A stretch of DNA of 32,000 nt from Candidatus Methylomirabilis oxygeniifera. Lineage in GTDB: Bacteria > Methylomirabilota > Methylomirabilia > Methylomirabilales > Methylomirabilaceae. Both the position numbers and the translations under genes were made by a program. Numbering within the stretch: position 1 is the first letter of the stretch; every line of letters begins with the position of its first letter. The notes under the pieces were generated by a model. The model ran no database searches and was not told where the DNA came from. It saw only the letters and a program-made list of their open reading frames with translations. Positions 1 to 9,403 of the stretch are shown one piece after another. The stretch lies in the NCBI GenBank assembly GCA_000091165.1, contig FP565575.1, positions 1,080,001 through 1,112,000 on the forward strand, written 5' to 3'.

Positions 1-1
1 A

Positions 2-544
2 TTCACGGTGGCCCTCAACATCATCGCCGATTCCGGCTGGGACGAGGAGCGGTTCCGGGTCATTCGCGAGTGGGCCGCCGGTGTCCCCGAGATCGTCCAC
101 GTGACCGTAAACACCCCGTACCCCGGGACGGAGACCTGGTACACGGAGTCGAGGAAGCTGACCTCGCTCGACTACCGATTGTTCGACGTCCAGCATGCCG
201 TCCTGCCGACGACGCTGCCGTTGAAGCGGTTTTATGAAGAGCTGGTTAAGACCCAGGCGGTGTTGAATCGAAAGCACCTGGGCTGGGCCGCGGTCAGAGG
301 GACCTTCTCCACCGCGTCCAGGTTACTCATGCAGGGTCAGACGAACTTCGTTCGGATGCTCTGGAAGTTCTCGCAGGTGTACAATCCGGACCGGCAGTAC
401 GGCGATCACTTGAAAGAGGTGAAATATGTCTTGACGCCGCCGCCGGACAAACAGCCGATCAAGCCGACGCCGGCCAAGCTGTTCGTTCATGCGCAAGCGT
501 CGGTTGGACCGCGAGCGGCGCACGCCGAGGGGTCTGCCGGGTGA
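2..544 (+). CDS. C-terminal ~180 aa of a B12-binding/radical-SAM methyltransferase-like protein (5' end outside window); resembles HpnR-type hopanoid C-3 methylases
   Basis: The frame is open from the window edge (the listed ORF 8..544 continues upstream with no stop). Motifs such as TPYPGTETW and DYRLFDVQHAVLPT recall the C-terminal region of class-B radical SAM enzymes. The CxxxCxxC cluster would lie upstream and is not visible, so the family assignment is from memory only. Confidence 0.55.
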   Translation, partial: FTVALNIIADSGWDEERFRVIREWAAGVPEIVHVTVNTPYPGTETWYTESRKLTSLDYRLFDVQHAVLPTTLPLKRFYEELVKTQAVLNRKHLGWAAVRGTFSTASRLLMQGQTNFVRMLWKFSQVYNPDRQYGDHLKEVKYVLTPPPDKQPIKPTPAKLFVHAQASVGPRAAHAEGSAG

Positions 545-592
545 TAAGGCCTTGTCGCGTGAAGAGGCGACACTGATAAGGAGGAACGGTAC

Positions 593-1804
593 GTGAAAAG
601 GCAATTCATCGCGTTTGCGGTCGTGACGCTGCTGGCCGCAGGGCTGGCGTTGGCTTCCGAATGGTACATGAGCCACGATCACTGGTACGCCAAGGAACCG
701 GAAAAGGACTTCGCCCTGGCGAGGCTCATCGCCGACATTCGGGCGGCCACATCGCGGTACCAGGATCTGGAGCAGGCCAAGGCGGATGGGTATACGCAGA
801 TATCGGGGAATGTGCCGTTAGAGGGCTACCATTTTCGCAAGGCGGCTATCACGCAATTTGACTATTTTCATCCTTCCACGCTCCTCTATACCGAAAGGGA
901 GGGGCGCTGGCAACTGGTTGCGCTGAAATATACAGCCCCAGGTGCCCGTCCCGCCGAGAGCCCGTTTCAGGGAATCGAGTGGGAACGGAGTCTGGCGATC
1001 TGCCGCTATGCGGACGGGCAGGAGTCTCGATCGCCCTCCGCTGAAAGCTGCCCTCAGGTTCATCCTGACAGTAAAAGCGCATTTACTGCCTGGTATCCGG
1101 ATACGTGGGTGATCCGTCTCTGGATCTGGTATCCGAATCCGTACGGATTATTCGCAAGCATGAACCCTCTTCTGGCGCCGTTCGATGATCACACCATCCC
1201 GCCGGACGAAGCCGGAAGCTGGGAGACATGGCAAGCGCATACGGAGTTCTCGAACTTTAACCATCACTTCTCAGGATGGCTGGTACTCGTCATGGGGATG
1301 GCGATGACAGGCTCGGCCCTGTGGGGAGGTCAGAAGTCCAAGTATGCGCATCTCTGGCCGCTGATGACGCTGGGCGTCGCGTTATTCATCCTGTATCGGA
1401 GCGATCCGGAGTATTGGCCGTTTGGCCCGCGGACGCTGACCGAACTCCTGGGTGACCGGGAGGCTATCGAGCATAAGCTGTCGGGTGTCATCGTCCTTGC
1501 TATGGGATCCGTAGAATGGCTGCGGGCGCGCGGAATATTCAGCCATTGGCTGTGGGGCATGATCTTTCCATGGCTGGCCATCATGGGGGGAGTGACCCTG
1601 TTGTTCCATCTCCATCCCATCAGTAACTTCAACTACGTCGGGCGAGCCAATTCGCCCCACACAACCGAGGGGATCACCGCGATCCTGGCCGGCATGACGT
1701 ACCTCCTCGGATCGTTGGGGATCATGAAACAACGTTGGTGGGGGTTGGTTCCGGCGCTCTTTGTCATCCTGATGGGCGTGCAGCTTATCGTCTACGTCGA
1801 GTAG
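593..1804 (+). CDS. Membrane protein of unknown function (N-terminal signal/anchor, ~220-aa extracytoplasmic domain, ~5 C-terminal TM helices)
   Basis: GTG start preceded by AAGGAGGA at 578-585. Hydrophobic N-terminus FAVVTLLAAGLALA. The C-terminal half has several long hydrophobic stretches (LVLVMGMAMTGSALW, LMTLGVALFILY, VIVLAMGSVEWL, IFPWLAIMGGVTLLF, ALFVILMGVQLIVY). Confidence 0.7.
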   Translation: MKRQFIAFAVVTLLAAGLALASEWYMSHDHWYAKEPEKDFALARLIADIRAATSRYQDLEQAKADGYTQISGNVPLEGYHFRKAAITQFDYFHPSTLLYTEREGRWQLVALKYTAPGARPAESPFQGIEWERSLAICRYADGQESRSPSAESCPQVHPDSKSAFTAWYPDTWVIRLWIWYPNPYGLFASMNPLLAPFDDHTIPPDEAGSWETWQAHTEFSNFNHHFSGWLVLVMGMAMTGSALWGGQKSKYAHLWPLMTLGVALFILYRSDPEYWPFGPRTLTELLGDREAIEHKLSGVIVLAMGSVEWLRARGIFSHWLWGMIFPWLAIMGGVTLLFHLHPISNFNYVGRANSPHTTEGITAILAGMTYLLGSLGIMKQRWWGLVPALFVILMGVQLIVYVE

Positions 1805-1820
1805 AAGCGAGACGTGGGTT

Positions 1821-2459
1821 CTATTTCTTCTTCCACGTTCCGTTGGATTCGGTGCGTCGCTTCAGGCTTAATAGCGCGTCGGACAAATCCTGCTTGATCA
1901 GCGCATCTTCCAGAAATCTAGGAAGAAACATGCCGCTGTCCACGGTAGTGCTGTAGCGAAGCATGGTCCTGCCCTGACTGTACGGGAGGAACTCCCAGGT
2001 ACCGGATGTATCTGCGATGTCGTGTTGTCTCGATTTATCCAGCGTCCAACTTACTGTTCGCTGCGCGGGCGTGAAGATCAGGTCGATCGTATAACTGATC
2101 ACGCCCAGCGGAACGTGAACCGTCTCGGTAACCTTCATCGTGCCTTGCGTCTTTTCAAGAACGTCGACCTTCTCAAGCCTCGGCATAAATTCGGCGAACT
2201 TCTGATAGTTCACCATGATCGCCCACACGGCATCTGGCGGCCTGTTGATGACGCAGTAGGCTTTGATTCTGGCGCCGCTCGTACCGTCTCCAGTGGGGTG
2301 GTCTTTTGCTTTGAGCACGACGCCGCCCTTTTCTATCTTGGTTAATTCACGGGCCGTCAGTCCGCTGGTCGCAAACGTGCCGGCCCCGAAAGAGGCCGTC
2401 GAAAGCAGGAATACGGACGCGGCACATACGAGCGGTATGACCTTGATCTTGTGTAACAC
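1821..2459 (-). CDS. Secreted SRPBCC (START / polyketide-cyclase-like) ligand-binding protein
   Basis: Signal peptide (VIPLVCAASVFLLSTASFGAG). The remainder has the length and pattern of SRPBCC/polyketide_cyc2 domains (PPDAVWAIMVNYQKFAEFMP...GTWEF). It is convergent with the previous gene, with only a 16-bp gap. Confidence 0.6.
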   Translation of the reverse strand: MLHKIKVIPLVCAASVFLLSTASFGAGTFATSGLTARELTKIEKGGVVLKAKDHPTGDGTSGARIKAYCVINRPPDAVWAIMVNYQKFAEFMPRLEKVDVLEKTQGTMKVTETVHVPLGVISYTIDLIFTPAQRTVSWTLDKSRQHDIADTSGTWEFLPYSQGRTMLRYSTTVDSGMFLPRFLEDALIKQDLSDALLSLKRRTESNGTWKKK

Positions 2460-2633
2460 GTAAAAGAACCTCCAGGTGGCGTTTCGCCATCGGCGCGGCT
2501 ATACTGACACGTCACACGTACGGTGTGGAATCATATCGCGGTTTGTCCATTGTGTCCATCACGTACGATGAGGCCCGGTATACGTAGCTCGTCTCCTTTG
2601 CGGCTTTGCACGCTGATACCCTTCCTCACGCGG

Positions 2634-4292
2634 TTACAGCAGTCCCAGCATCCGGTGCAATACGTACAAGCCTCCCCAGATAATGACGAAGCCTGCAATA
2701 TCCAACAGGATGCCGGCGCGCATCATTTTCGGGAGGGGCACGAGGCCTGAGCCGTACACGATTGCGTTGGGCGGAGTCGAAACAGGGAGCATGAATCCGA
2801 AACTGGCGCCCAGGCACGCCCCCATGGCCGGCGGCAACGGGTTGAGGCCGGCGGCCTGCGCAATCGCGATTACGACTGGAATGATCATATTTGCCGACGC
2901 GGTGTTGCTTGCCGCCTCAGAGATCGCAATCGCCATCGCGATCGACAAACCCGTCAGTCCCCAGAGGGAGCTGACGCCGAGGTAACCGGTGAGGGCCGTG
3001 CCGATCGCCTCGGCCACACCGGTTTTGAACATCAATGAGCCGAGCGCCAACCCGCCGCCGAACAGCAAGATCGTGCCCCAATCGATCTTGACCGCCTCCG
3101 GCCACGTTAACGTAAACTCCCATTGCGACAGGTTGACCGGGAGCAGGAACAGGAGGATCGCGGCAGCGATTGCGACGATCGACTCCGGCAGGTGCATGCC
3201 CATCCATCGACCCCACCAGGATCCTGCAAACCATGGCAGTTGTAGAATGCCCGGCATTACCCACAGTGTGACCGCAACGCTGAACGCGACGACTGTATTG
3301 ATCTGCCCCCTCGTCCACGGGCCGAGCTTACGACGTTCGCTACGGATATACTCCAGCAAATGGCTTCCCATGCCGACAGTGAGATCGCCGGGTGTGACCT
3401 GGGCTGTTCCGCCATCCTGATTGCTCGGTGCGCTTGCCGGGTCCGTGCCTGCAGGATGCAGCAGATAGAGGAGCGTGAACAGCGTCAGACCCATCACCAG
3501 GAGCAACGGGAGGGCAATCGCCATCCAACGGAAAAAACTGAGGTCGATGCCTGTTGCTGCACGGATGAGCCCGATGCCGATCAGGTTGGGGGGTGAACCA
3601 ACCGGCGTCCCAATGCCGCCGATCGACGCGCTGAACGCCACGATCAGCATCATACCCGTGGCGAACGGCCAGGTCGTCGTCTCGATCGAATCCCGCGCGA
3701 GTCCCCTGGCGACACGCACGTCGTGCAGCGCACGCAGGATGCCCAGTGCAATCGGGAGCATCATGGCGGTGGTGGCGCTGTTGCTGACCCACATCGAGAG
3801 CACGGCGGTCACCAGCCCCAGGCCCACCATGGTTCTCGCCGGAGAGGAACCGATCGACGGGATCGACAGGAACTCTAACGCAATGCGACGGTCGAGCCCG
3901 TGGATCGTCATCGCTCGAGCGATCATGAATCCTCCAATGAACACGAAGATGATCGGATCGGCAAAGTGGGCCAATACGACGGCTGCCGGCGACTTACCCG
4001 GCTCCTCCGGCACTGCTCCCAACGCAACGCACAACACCGCGCCCAGCAGGGCCGACACGGGCAGGGGGATGACCTCGCTGACCCACAATACCGTCACAGC
4101 CGAAAGGATCGCGGCCAGCTTCTGACCTTCCGGACGGAGGCCGCTACACAGGAAATAGGTCAGGAAAAAGGTGGGGAGGAGAAGAATCGCGCCCAGGCGT
4201 TTTCGCCAGGTTTCGAACAGTTGCTCCCCGGCGGAGATCCTTTCCTGCGGTACAGCGGAAGCGGGTTCGACTCGCGACTCTGTCTGTGGCAT
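2634..4292 (-). CDS. DASS (SLC13) family anion:sodium symporter
   Basis: 552 aa and highly hydrophobic. The two hallmark hairpin-tip motifs SNSATTAMMLPI and SNTASANMIIPV are typical of divalent anion:Na+ symporters. RBS GAGGATGG lies upstream of the ATG. Confidence 0.85.
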   Translation of the reverse strand: MPQTESRVEPASAVPQERISAGEQLFETWRKRLGAILLLPTFFLTYFLCSGLRPEGQKLAAILSAVTVLWVSEVIPLPVSALLGAVLCVALGAVPEEPGKSPAAVVLAHFADPIIFVFIGGFMIARAMTIHGLDRRIALEFLSIPSIGSSPARTMVGLGLVTAVLSMWVSNSATTAMMLPIALGILRALHDVRVARGLARDSIETTTWPFATGMMLIVAFSASIGGIGTPVGSPPNLIGIGLIRAATGIDLSFFRWMAIALPLLLVMGLTLFTLLYLLHPAGTDPASAPSNQDGGTAQVTPGDLTVGMGSHLLEYIRSERRKLGPWTRGQINTVVAFSVAVTLWVMPGILQLPWFAGSWWGRWMGMHLPESIVAIAAAILLFLLPVNLSQWEFTLTWPEAVKIDWGTILLFGGGLALGSLMFKTGVAEAIGTALTGYLGVSSLWGLTGLSIAMAIAISEAASNTASANMIIPVVIAIAQAAGLNPLPPAMGACLGASFGFMLPVSTPPNAIVYGSGLVPLPKMMRAGILLDIAGFVIIWGGLYVLHRMLGLL

Positions 4293-4699
4293 CGTCCATC
4301 CTCACACACTGCTGAACACCATGCTACTCATCTCATCTCGGCCTTGATCCCGGAAAAGCTCGTACTGAGTTACCCGTTGCTCACAACCGCGCTTCAGATT
4401 CTGTGGGCAACTCGCGAAAGTCAAACCCGCGCTACAGACCATTTGCGCAGATCGACTCCGCAAAGACTGCTCTGCGTCTAGGGCTTTTCCATCAGCCTGC
4501 ACACAGTCACCTTGTGACCGCCGCCATGGGCGCGCTCCTTCACGGTCGCGCGGATGATCCCGTAGATGACGCCGGGCTGCGAGCGGTCCCAGGCGATGCC
4601 CTGGCCATGGATGTTCGATGATGTCCGCGAGCTCCCGCACCGGGCCGGATTTCGGCAGCCGCATCCGGTGTAGAACGTTGGAAGCGAGAGCGCATCGTG

Positions 4700-5170
4700 T
4701 CAGTCACCACCGTTGATGTGTCCCTGAATTCTCCAACCGCCGTTATGCTTGCGGAAACACAACTGGGAGTAGGAAAACGGCTTCTTGTCGAGTGCCCCAT
4801 GAGGTGTGCACAGTTGCCCGTCGAGTTTCTTCTCGAAGTGCGTGCTGAAGATAGCACGCCGAAATTCCACCCAGCCGTGATCTCTGTACTCGGGACGGAG
4901 ATTGGCGTTGTTGAATTCAAAGTGTGCGCTGAAGTTCCGGGTTGGCGGTGCTGATGGATCAAACGAACCGCCAAAGTCTCGGGCAATGTAATAGTCATGG
5001 GCGAGCAAGGCGTAGACGGCTGATGCGTCCTTCTTTCGGGCCGCGGCTTTGAGAGACGCGATGAAGTCTTGAAACCGGCGCTCAGTGGTGTGCAACGCAA
5101 TCGGCTCCGATTCGGCAGCCAACACGCCACTTGCGTAAAAGAACACGAGGAGGAGTACGGAGCGGAGCAT
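4700..5170 (-). CDS. Secreted hypothetical protein
   Basis: Clear signal peptide (MLRSVLLLVFFYASGVLAAE). No recognisable domain. Confidence 0.55.
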   Translation of the reverse strand: MLRSVLLLVFFYASGVLAAESEPIALHTTERRFQDFIASLKAAARKKDASAVYALLAHDYYIARDFGGSFDPSAPPTRNFSAHFEFNNANLRPEYRDHGWVEFRRAIFSTHFEKKLDGQLCTPHGALDKKPFSYSQLCFRKHNGGWRIQGHINGGD

Positions 5171-5242
5171 GTGCTTTAACGATCGAGATCACAAGCGCGC
5201 GGTGCGCCGGCACCAGGAGTCAGGCCGAGCGTATTGTTGAGC

Positions 5243-5959
5243 CTAATCGCCACGGTAGTAGAGCCCCTCGATCAGTTCTGCACCCTGACCATGGTCTACG
5301 AAACGCGCCCAGCCAACCAAGCCCATTGGGGTCTTGATGAGGTAGTGCTCACCCTCGTTGAGCAGCACTGTGAGTTGTGCTCCCGATGGAATCGACGCAA
5401 CCGGCTCCTTTTCACTCTTATCAGAAAATATCGTGATATCTTGCTTCGCTTTCGAGTCCAGACCAACGTAATAGAAGGGCTGTCGAATCTCAACAAGCTT
5501 TCCGTTCTTCAGAACGAATGTTTTTCTCTGGTTGTAGTGATTATTGGTATGGCCCGTCACGTATACGGCTCCATTTCCTGGGACGAACAGCTCAAGCCCC
5601 CAGATATCTCCAACGATCATGTCGGTTCCTACGGGTGATATGAGAAACCCAGGATCCGCACTCAGTCCATCCGTATAGGTGATGGTAAAGCGATCCCGGG
5701 ACGTCCGATCGATTCTAGTATCCAGAACGTCTACAATGGGAATACCGCTGTCTTTGCCGACGTGCGGCTGATTCCGTACGGTCGATACTGCAGGATCGTA
5801 ATGCACGCGAATCTTGAACTCTGGAAACACGCTTTTCACTTCCACGGTGTTCAGGCGCGAAAAAGGCTCCGGTTCTGCGGCGTTAACGGATGCTGCGAGC
5901 ACGAGCACAGTAAAGATTAAAGTCTTCTTGGCGTGCGTTCTTCTTAAGTGTATGGACAT
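5243..5959 (-). CDS. Secreted hypothetical protein (possible SH3-like C-terminus)
   Basis: Signal peptide (TLIFTVLVLAASVNAAEP). Its start abuts the stop of the upstream ORF (5959/5960), which indicates an operon. GC content is lower than in neighbouring genes. Confidence 0.6.
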   Translation of the reverse strand: MSIHLRRTHAKKTLIFTVLVLAASVNAAEPEPFSRLNTVEVKSVFPEFKIRVHYDPAVSTVRNQPHVGKDSGIPIVDVLDTRIDRTSRDRFTITYTDGLSADPGFLISPVGTDMIVGDIWGLELFVPGNGAVYVTGHTNNHYNQRKTFVLKNGKLVEIRQPFYYVGLDSKAKQDITIFSDKSEKEPVASIPSGAQLTVLLNEGEHYLIKTPMGLVGWARFVDHGQGAELIEGLYYRGD

Positions 5960-6553
5960 TCAGATGCCTTTCAGCAGGGCTTCAAAGATAGGCTGAGCAC
6001 CCGTGAGTGGGAAAGTGGCCGACAGAACAATTGCGCGGTTTCTACCATCGATGACGGCAACCTCAATGCTATCCGCCCCCTGTAGTACCTGCGTGATAAC
6101 TTTGCGGACGTGGCCCTGCGTATTGCGAGTATGATGACTTGCACTGAAGACAAAGCCGTCATTCACATCAGCGCTCAACCAACCGCCCAAGCTCAGCATG
6201 TGAACAGCGGGGGTGCCGGCCTTAGTGACAGTGATTTTCATGAGCTTGTGGTCTTCCGCTGGGGCGCCGGGGCCCTCAAAGTACGCGAAGTCGAAGCCTG
6301 TGATCCGGGTGATCGGGGAGACCGTGAACTCGAGGGCAATCATTCCAGTTGAGCCCTTGCTGTCTTGGGTTGCATTGAATTGAAGACGTGTCGAACAATT
6401 CGATCCCAGGACTATGGACGTCTGTTCAATGAAGGCTTTTCTGAACTCATGATGATTGACCTCGTAGTGCCATTGCCCCTGAATAAATAGCGTTGGTGCA
6501 TACGCCAAGACCGAAACGAAGGCCGTCGTTGCGAGATTCAACCAAGGGGGCAT
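5960..6553 (-). CDS. Hypothetical protein with hydrophobic N-terminus
   Basis: 197-aa ORF directly abutting the next gene. N-terminal hydrophobic segment LATTAFVSVLAYAPTLF. No family recognised. Confidence 0.5.
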   Translation of the reverse strand: MPPWLNLATTAFVSVLAYAPTLFIQGQWHYEVNHHEFRKAFIEQTSIVLGSNCSTRLQFNATQDSKGSTGMIALEFTVSPITRITGFDFAYFEGPGAPAEDHKLMKITVTKAGTPAVHMLSLGGWLSADVNDGFVFSASHHTRNTQGHVRKVITQVLQGADSIEVAVIDGRNRAIVLSATFPLTGAQPIFEALLKGI

Positions 6554-6707
6554 TTGAGCCTCATAAGTTCGAATGAAAGCAATTCGCCCGAACCATTGAG
6601 TATACTGACCGGCCTATTACCATCGAACACTTATAATGACTGCGGCGATTCTCCTTTCAATTGAGGACCTTGTCAAGTCTACACGGCGCCGGTTGGTATC
6701 GGCAAAG

Positions 6708-6741
6708 GCCGACCAGCATAATCCCATTACGGCTGATCGGC
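6708..6741. repeat. Hairpin A (GCCGACCAG / CTGATCGGC arms, loop containing CATAATCCCATTACGG), homologous to the hairpin at 13014-13041
   Basis: 9-bp inverted repeat with one mismatch. The loop sequence ATAATCC(C/T)ATTA(C/G)GG and the flanking GGCAAAGGCCG are shared with the second copy. Confidence 0.5.
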
Positions 6742-6763
6742 ATAATTCGGTGAGGGTGAGGCG

Positions 6764-6912
6764 GTCTAGCGGGCTCCGGACTCCTTTCCCACCGCGGTTT
6801 AAAACGTGGGTGCAATCATGGTGGTGCTGACGTCGGTATGTCCCAGCAGCTCTTGGACCGTGCGGATATCGTAGCCATCTTCCAGCGGATGGGTGGCAAA
6901 GGAATGGGGACC
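6764..6912 (-). pseudogene. C-terminal remnant (~50 codons) of an integron-integrase-like tyrosine recombinase, frameshifted
   Basis: Minus-strand translation gives [31 protein letters not shown], then a 1-nt deletion, then [16 protein letters not shown]. This is box II with the catalytic Tyr region (consensus ...[20 protein letters not shown]). No N-terminal part is present. Confidence 0.65.
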
Positions 6913-6913
6913 A

Positions 6914-7011
6914 TCAGTGAAAATCGTGGCTGGGAGCGCTGGCGAGATCATGCTGGAGTTGCGGGTGCCAAGAGGCGGTCGGCGACGAGGTAGACGACGC
7001 CCGCCTCGGCC
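6914..7011 (-). pseudogene. Remnant of a dnaE2 3' end (last ~32 codons plus stop), frameshifted
   Basis: By hand alignment it is about 85% identical over ~100 nt to the real dnaE2 3' end at 13303-13400. The TGA stop is conserved and there is one extra A (GCCAAGAGG versus GCCAGAGG). Confidence 0.65.
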
Positions 7012-7017
7012 GCCATC

Positions 7018-9234
7018 CTATCTCACCCGTACCGAGACCGTATTCGAGTATGTAGATACGCGCCCCGTCGTCGCGTTGAAGGCCTGGACGCGGTAGGTGT
7101 ATCTCCCCGATCTCGGGCTTTCCGTGTACGTCGTGACGCTCGCGCCGGTCTGACCGACGCGTACGTACGACGCCGTACCCGTGGGCGCCCGCTCTACGTA
7201 GAAGCCCTGCTCATTCGAGGAGTTATCGGTCCACCGGAGCGTCACCGCCTGCTTCCGCAACGCTGACGCCGTCAGGCCAGAGGGTGCGTTGATCGCGTTC
7301 GGGTCCGAGGTAGCTGTGATGTCCGTACTCGTGCTCCCGGTCGCCTCCCTGTTGTCGGTAACGGTGAGCGTTGCTGTGTACGAACCGGGCGACGTGTACG
7401 TGTGGTTGGTCGTGACGCCGGAGTCCGTCGAGCCGTCGCCGAAGGCCCAGACGTAGGAGGCGATCGAGCCGTCAGGGTCGCTGGACGCGCCGGCGTCGAA
7501 AGCCACGTTCAGCGGCGCGATGCCCGAGGCAGGCGCGGCGGTGAACGTGGCGACGGGCGGAGCGTTGGGCGTTCCCGCAGGCAAGACGAAGAGCGTAACA
7601 CTCTGGCCCGGCACCTGGGTCGTCAGCGTGCTGCCGGAGAGGGCGACGTCTGGCAGGTGGTTGATCGCGTTCGCGGAAGTGAGCTGCCATACCTGTGCGG
7701 TGCCGCTCGAGGAGAAGTTTGCGATGTTGATACTGAGGTCCACGGTCGCGGCCGTCGGATTCGAGACGTACTTGCTCACGATCATGATTGTAAGCGCGCC
7801 ATCGCTCGTCCGCTGCGCCGCGAAGGCGGCCACGTTGTCCGGATTGGGCCCAGTCGCCGAGACGCTCACGTTCCCGAACGTGGACTTCGCCCCGTCGTAG
7901 TTCCGGTACATCTTCATGGCCTTATACGTCGGCGTCGAGGGGTCTGGCGTCGTCCAGCGCGTCCCGATGTCGAGCCCCTCTCGGCCGAAGATGCCGTAGA
8001 TGTCTGCCTGCGCCGTCGCGCCGTTGATGTGGCCTTCGGCCCCCCAGTTGTATTCTGTGATACCTATCAGCAGACCCGGGTAATACGAGGCCACCCAGCC
8101 TTTCAGACGGGGGATGAGCTTGACCGTGTCGTCGATCCAGGTGGGGTCCACGTACGCCGGGTCCCACAGCGAGCGCGTGGAGCGGTTCCGGGTCTGCTGC
8201 ATCGAGACGGACGTGTCGTTCCCGAACTCGCCGCCCTGCGGGTAATAGTGGACGGTGAAGATGTCGAGGACGCGGTTGCCCGTCAAGACCTCGTTCTGGT
8301 GGAGCTGGTCGAGGAGCCACGGTAGATAGTCCCAGTTACCGTTCGTTTGCCTGTCGGGGTAGCAGCACCAGCCGTGGGCGGCCGCGTATTGCTGGTCGTA
8401 GCCACTGTAGAAATAGCCGCTCCAGCCCCATTCCTCCGGTCCCGCGACGAGCGCCGTCGGATCCTCGGCCTTGATGGCCCCCGCGTAGTCCAGGATTTTC
8501 TGGCGGATCTCGGCCATCGTGGGGCCCGTCGGGTGAACGTCCTGGTGCGTCGAGAACCAGATCGAGTGCTCGTTGTCGAGAAGGTAGTACTTCAGGCCGC
8601 CGTTGTTCGCCGTGCCCCAGGTCGTGACGATGTGGTGAACCCAGTCCCGCTGCCTCACCGTCTTGGTAGAGTCGTTCGCCGAACTCGTGACGTTTGCGTC
8701 GAGGGGGTCGTTCCACGTGATGGTGGCCCCGTCGCTTGCGCGGACGCCATTCCCCGCGTCCGGATACCACTGCGCGTCGTTGCCGGTCTGCGCCCCGTAC
8801 TTCGCAATCGAGTAGCTCGCGAGCTTGCCGCGATTCGGGCCGAGCTTTGCCACGTAGTCGAGCATCGGGATCGTGATCATCGGCTGGGCGCCGGCGGTCT
8901 TGCTGTTGCCGATGAACGTGTCGCCTCGCTCGCCGGGCGTTGCGCTTGTGTCGGGGATGCTCTCGAAGTACCAGTCGGCATCGCGGTTGTCGGCGTTGAG
9001 CATCCAGTTGTAGCGGGAGGAATTGTTCCCGCCATAACGGTTCAGCGGCGCATTAAGGTCGGACAGCGCGCTCCCGCCGTAGGCCACGCCGTAGATGAAC
9101 GGGCTGATCACGTGGCGGTTTGCGTTGACGTCCACATTGACCGTGGCCGTGGGGTTCTGCGCAAGTGCGATCGGCGCGATGAGCACGATAGATGCCAGCG
9201 CTCCCTTCAGGGCCATCCCCACACTTGTCTTCAT
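7018..9234 (-). CDS. Secreted glycoside hydrolase, family GH44-like (endoglucanase/xyloglucanase type) with C-terminal PKD and fibronectin-III domains
   Basis: Start chosen at MKTSVGMALKGALASIVLIAPIALAQNP (signal peptide, RBS GGGAGG). GH44-like motifs: ISPFIYGVAY, NRYGGNNSSRYNW, LDNEHSIW, ITEYNWG. The PKD repeat is DPDGSIASYVWAFGDGS...YTATLTVTD. The FN3-like tail is LRWTDNSSNEQGFYVER. The 38 codons upstream in the ORF track are Arg-rich and probably not translated. Confidence 0.8.
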   Translation of the reverse strand: MKTSVGMALKGALASIVLIAPIALAQNPTATVNVDVNANRHVISPFIYGVAYGGSALSDLNAPLNRYGGNNSSRYNWMLNADNRDADWYFESIPDTSATPGERGDTFIGNSKTAGAQPMITIPMLDYVAKLGPNRGKLASYSIAKYGAQTGNDAQWYPDAGNGVRASDGATITWNDPLDANVTSSANDSTKTVRQRDWVHHIVTTWGTANNGGLKYYLLDNEHSIWFSTHQDVHPTGPTMAEIRQKILDYAGAIKAEDPTALVAGPEEWGWSGYFYSGYDQQYAAAHGWCCYPDRQTNGNWDYLPWLLDQLHQNEVLTGNRVLDIFTVHYYPQGGEFGNDTSVSMQQTRNRSTRSLWDPAYVDPTWIDDTVKLIPRLKGWVASYYPGLLIGITEYNWGAEGHINGATAQADIYGIFGREGLDIGTRWTTPDPSTPTYKAMKMYRNYDGAKSTFGNVSVSATGPNPDNVAAFAAQRTSDGALTIMIVSKYVSNPTAATVDLSINIANFSSSGTAQVWQLTSANAINHLPDVALSGSTLTTQVPGQSVTLFVLPAGTPNAPPVATFTAAPASGIAPLNVAFDAGASSDPDGSIASYVWAFGDGSTDSGVTTNHTYTSPGSYTATLTVTDNREATGSTSTDITATSDPNAINAPSGLTASALRKQAVTLRWTDNSSNEQGFYVERAPTGTASYVRVGQTGASVTTYTESPRSGRYTYRVQAFNATTGRVSTYSNTVSVRVR

Positions 9235-9403
9235 CCGCCGCCTCCCTCGACGTGGGGCAGGCGTCGATTCCTGCGGTTCCGAAGATCCGCGAGAACCAAC
9301 CCGCCGAGTCCGCCGTCCCAGAACTGAGGACCGATACCGACAAGACACTCTACGCGATCGAAGCGCTCTCGCTCATGAGGAGGCTCTGCCGGCATAGCGC
9401 TCG

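Noticed and set aside
7402-9327. Plus-strand ORFs 7402..8325 (307 aa) and 8347..9327 (326 aa) antisense to the GH44 gene
   Set aside because: Same argument: Arg/Val/Gly-rich, with no motifs or RBS, and the opposite strand encodes a well-supported glycosidase.
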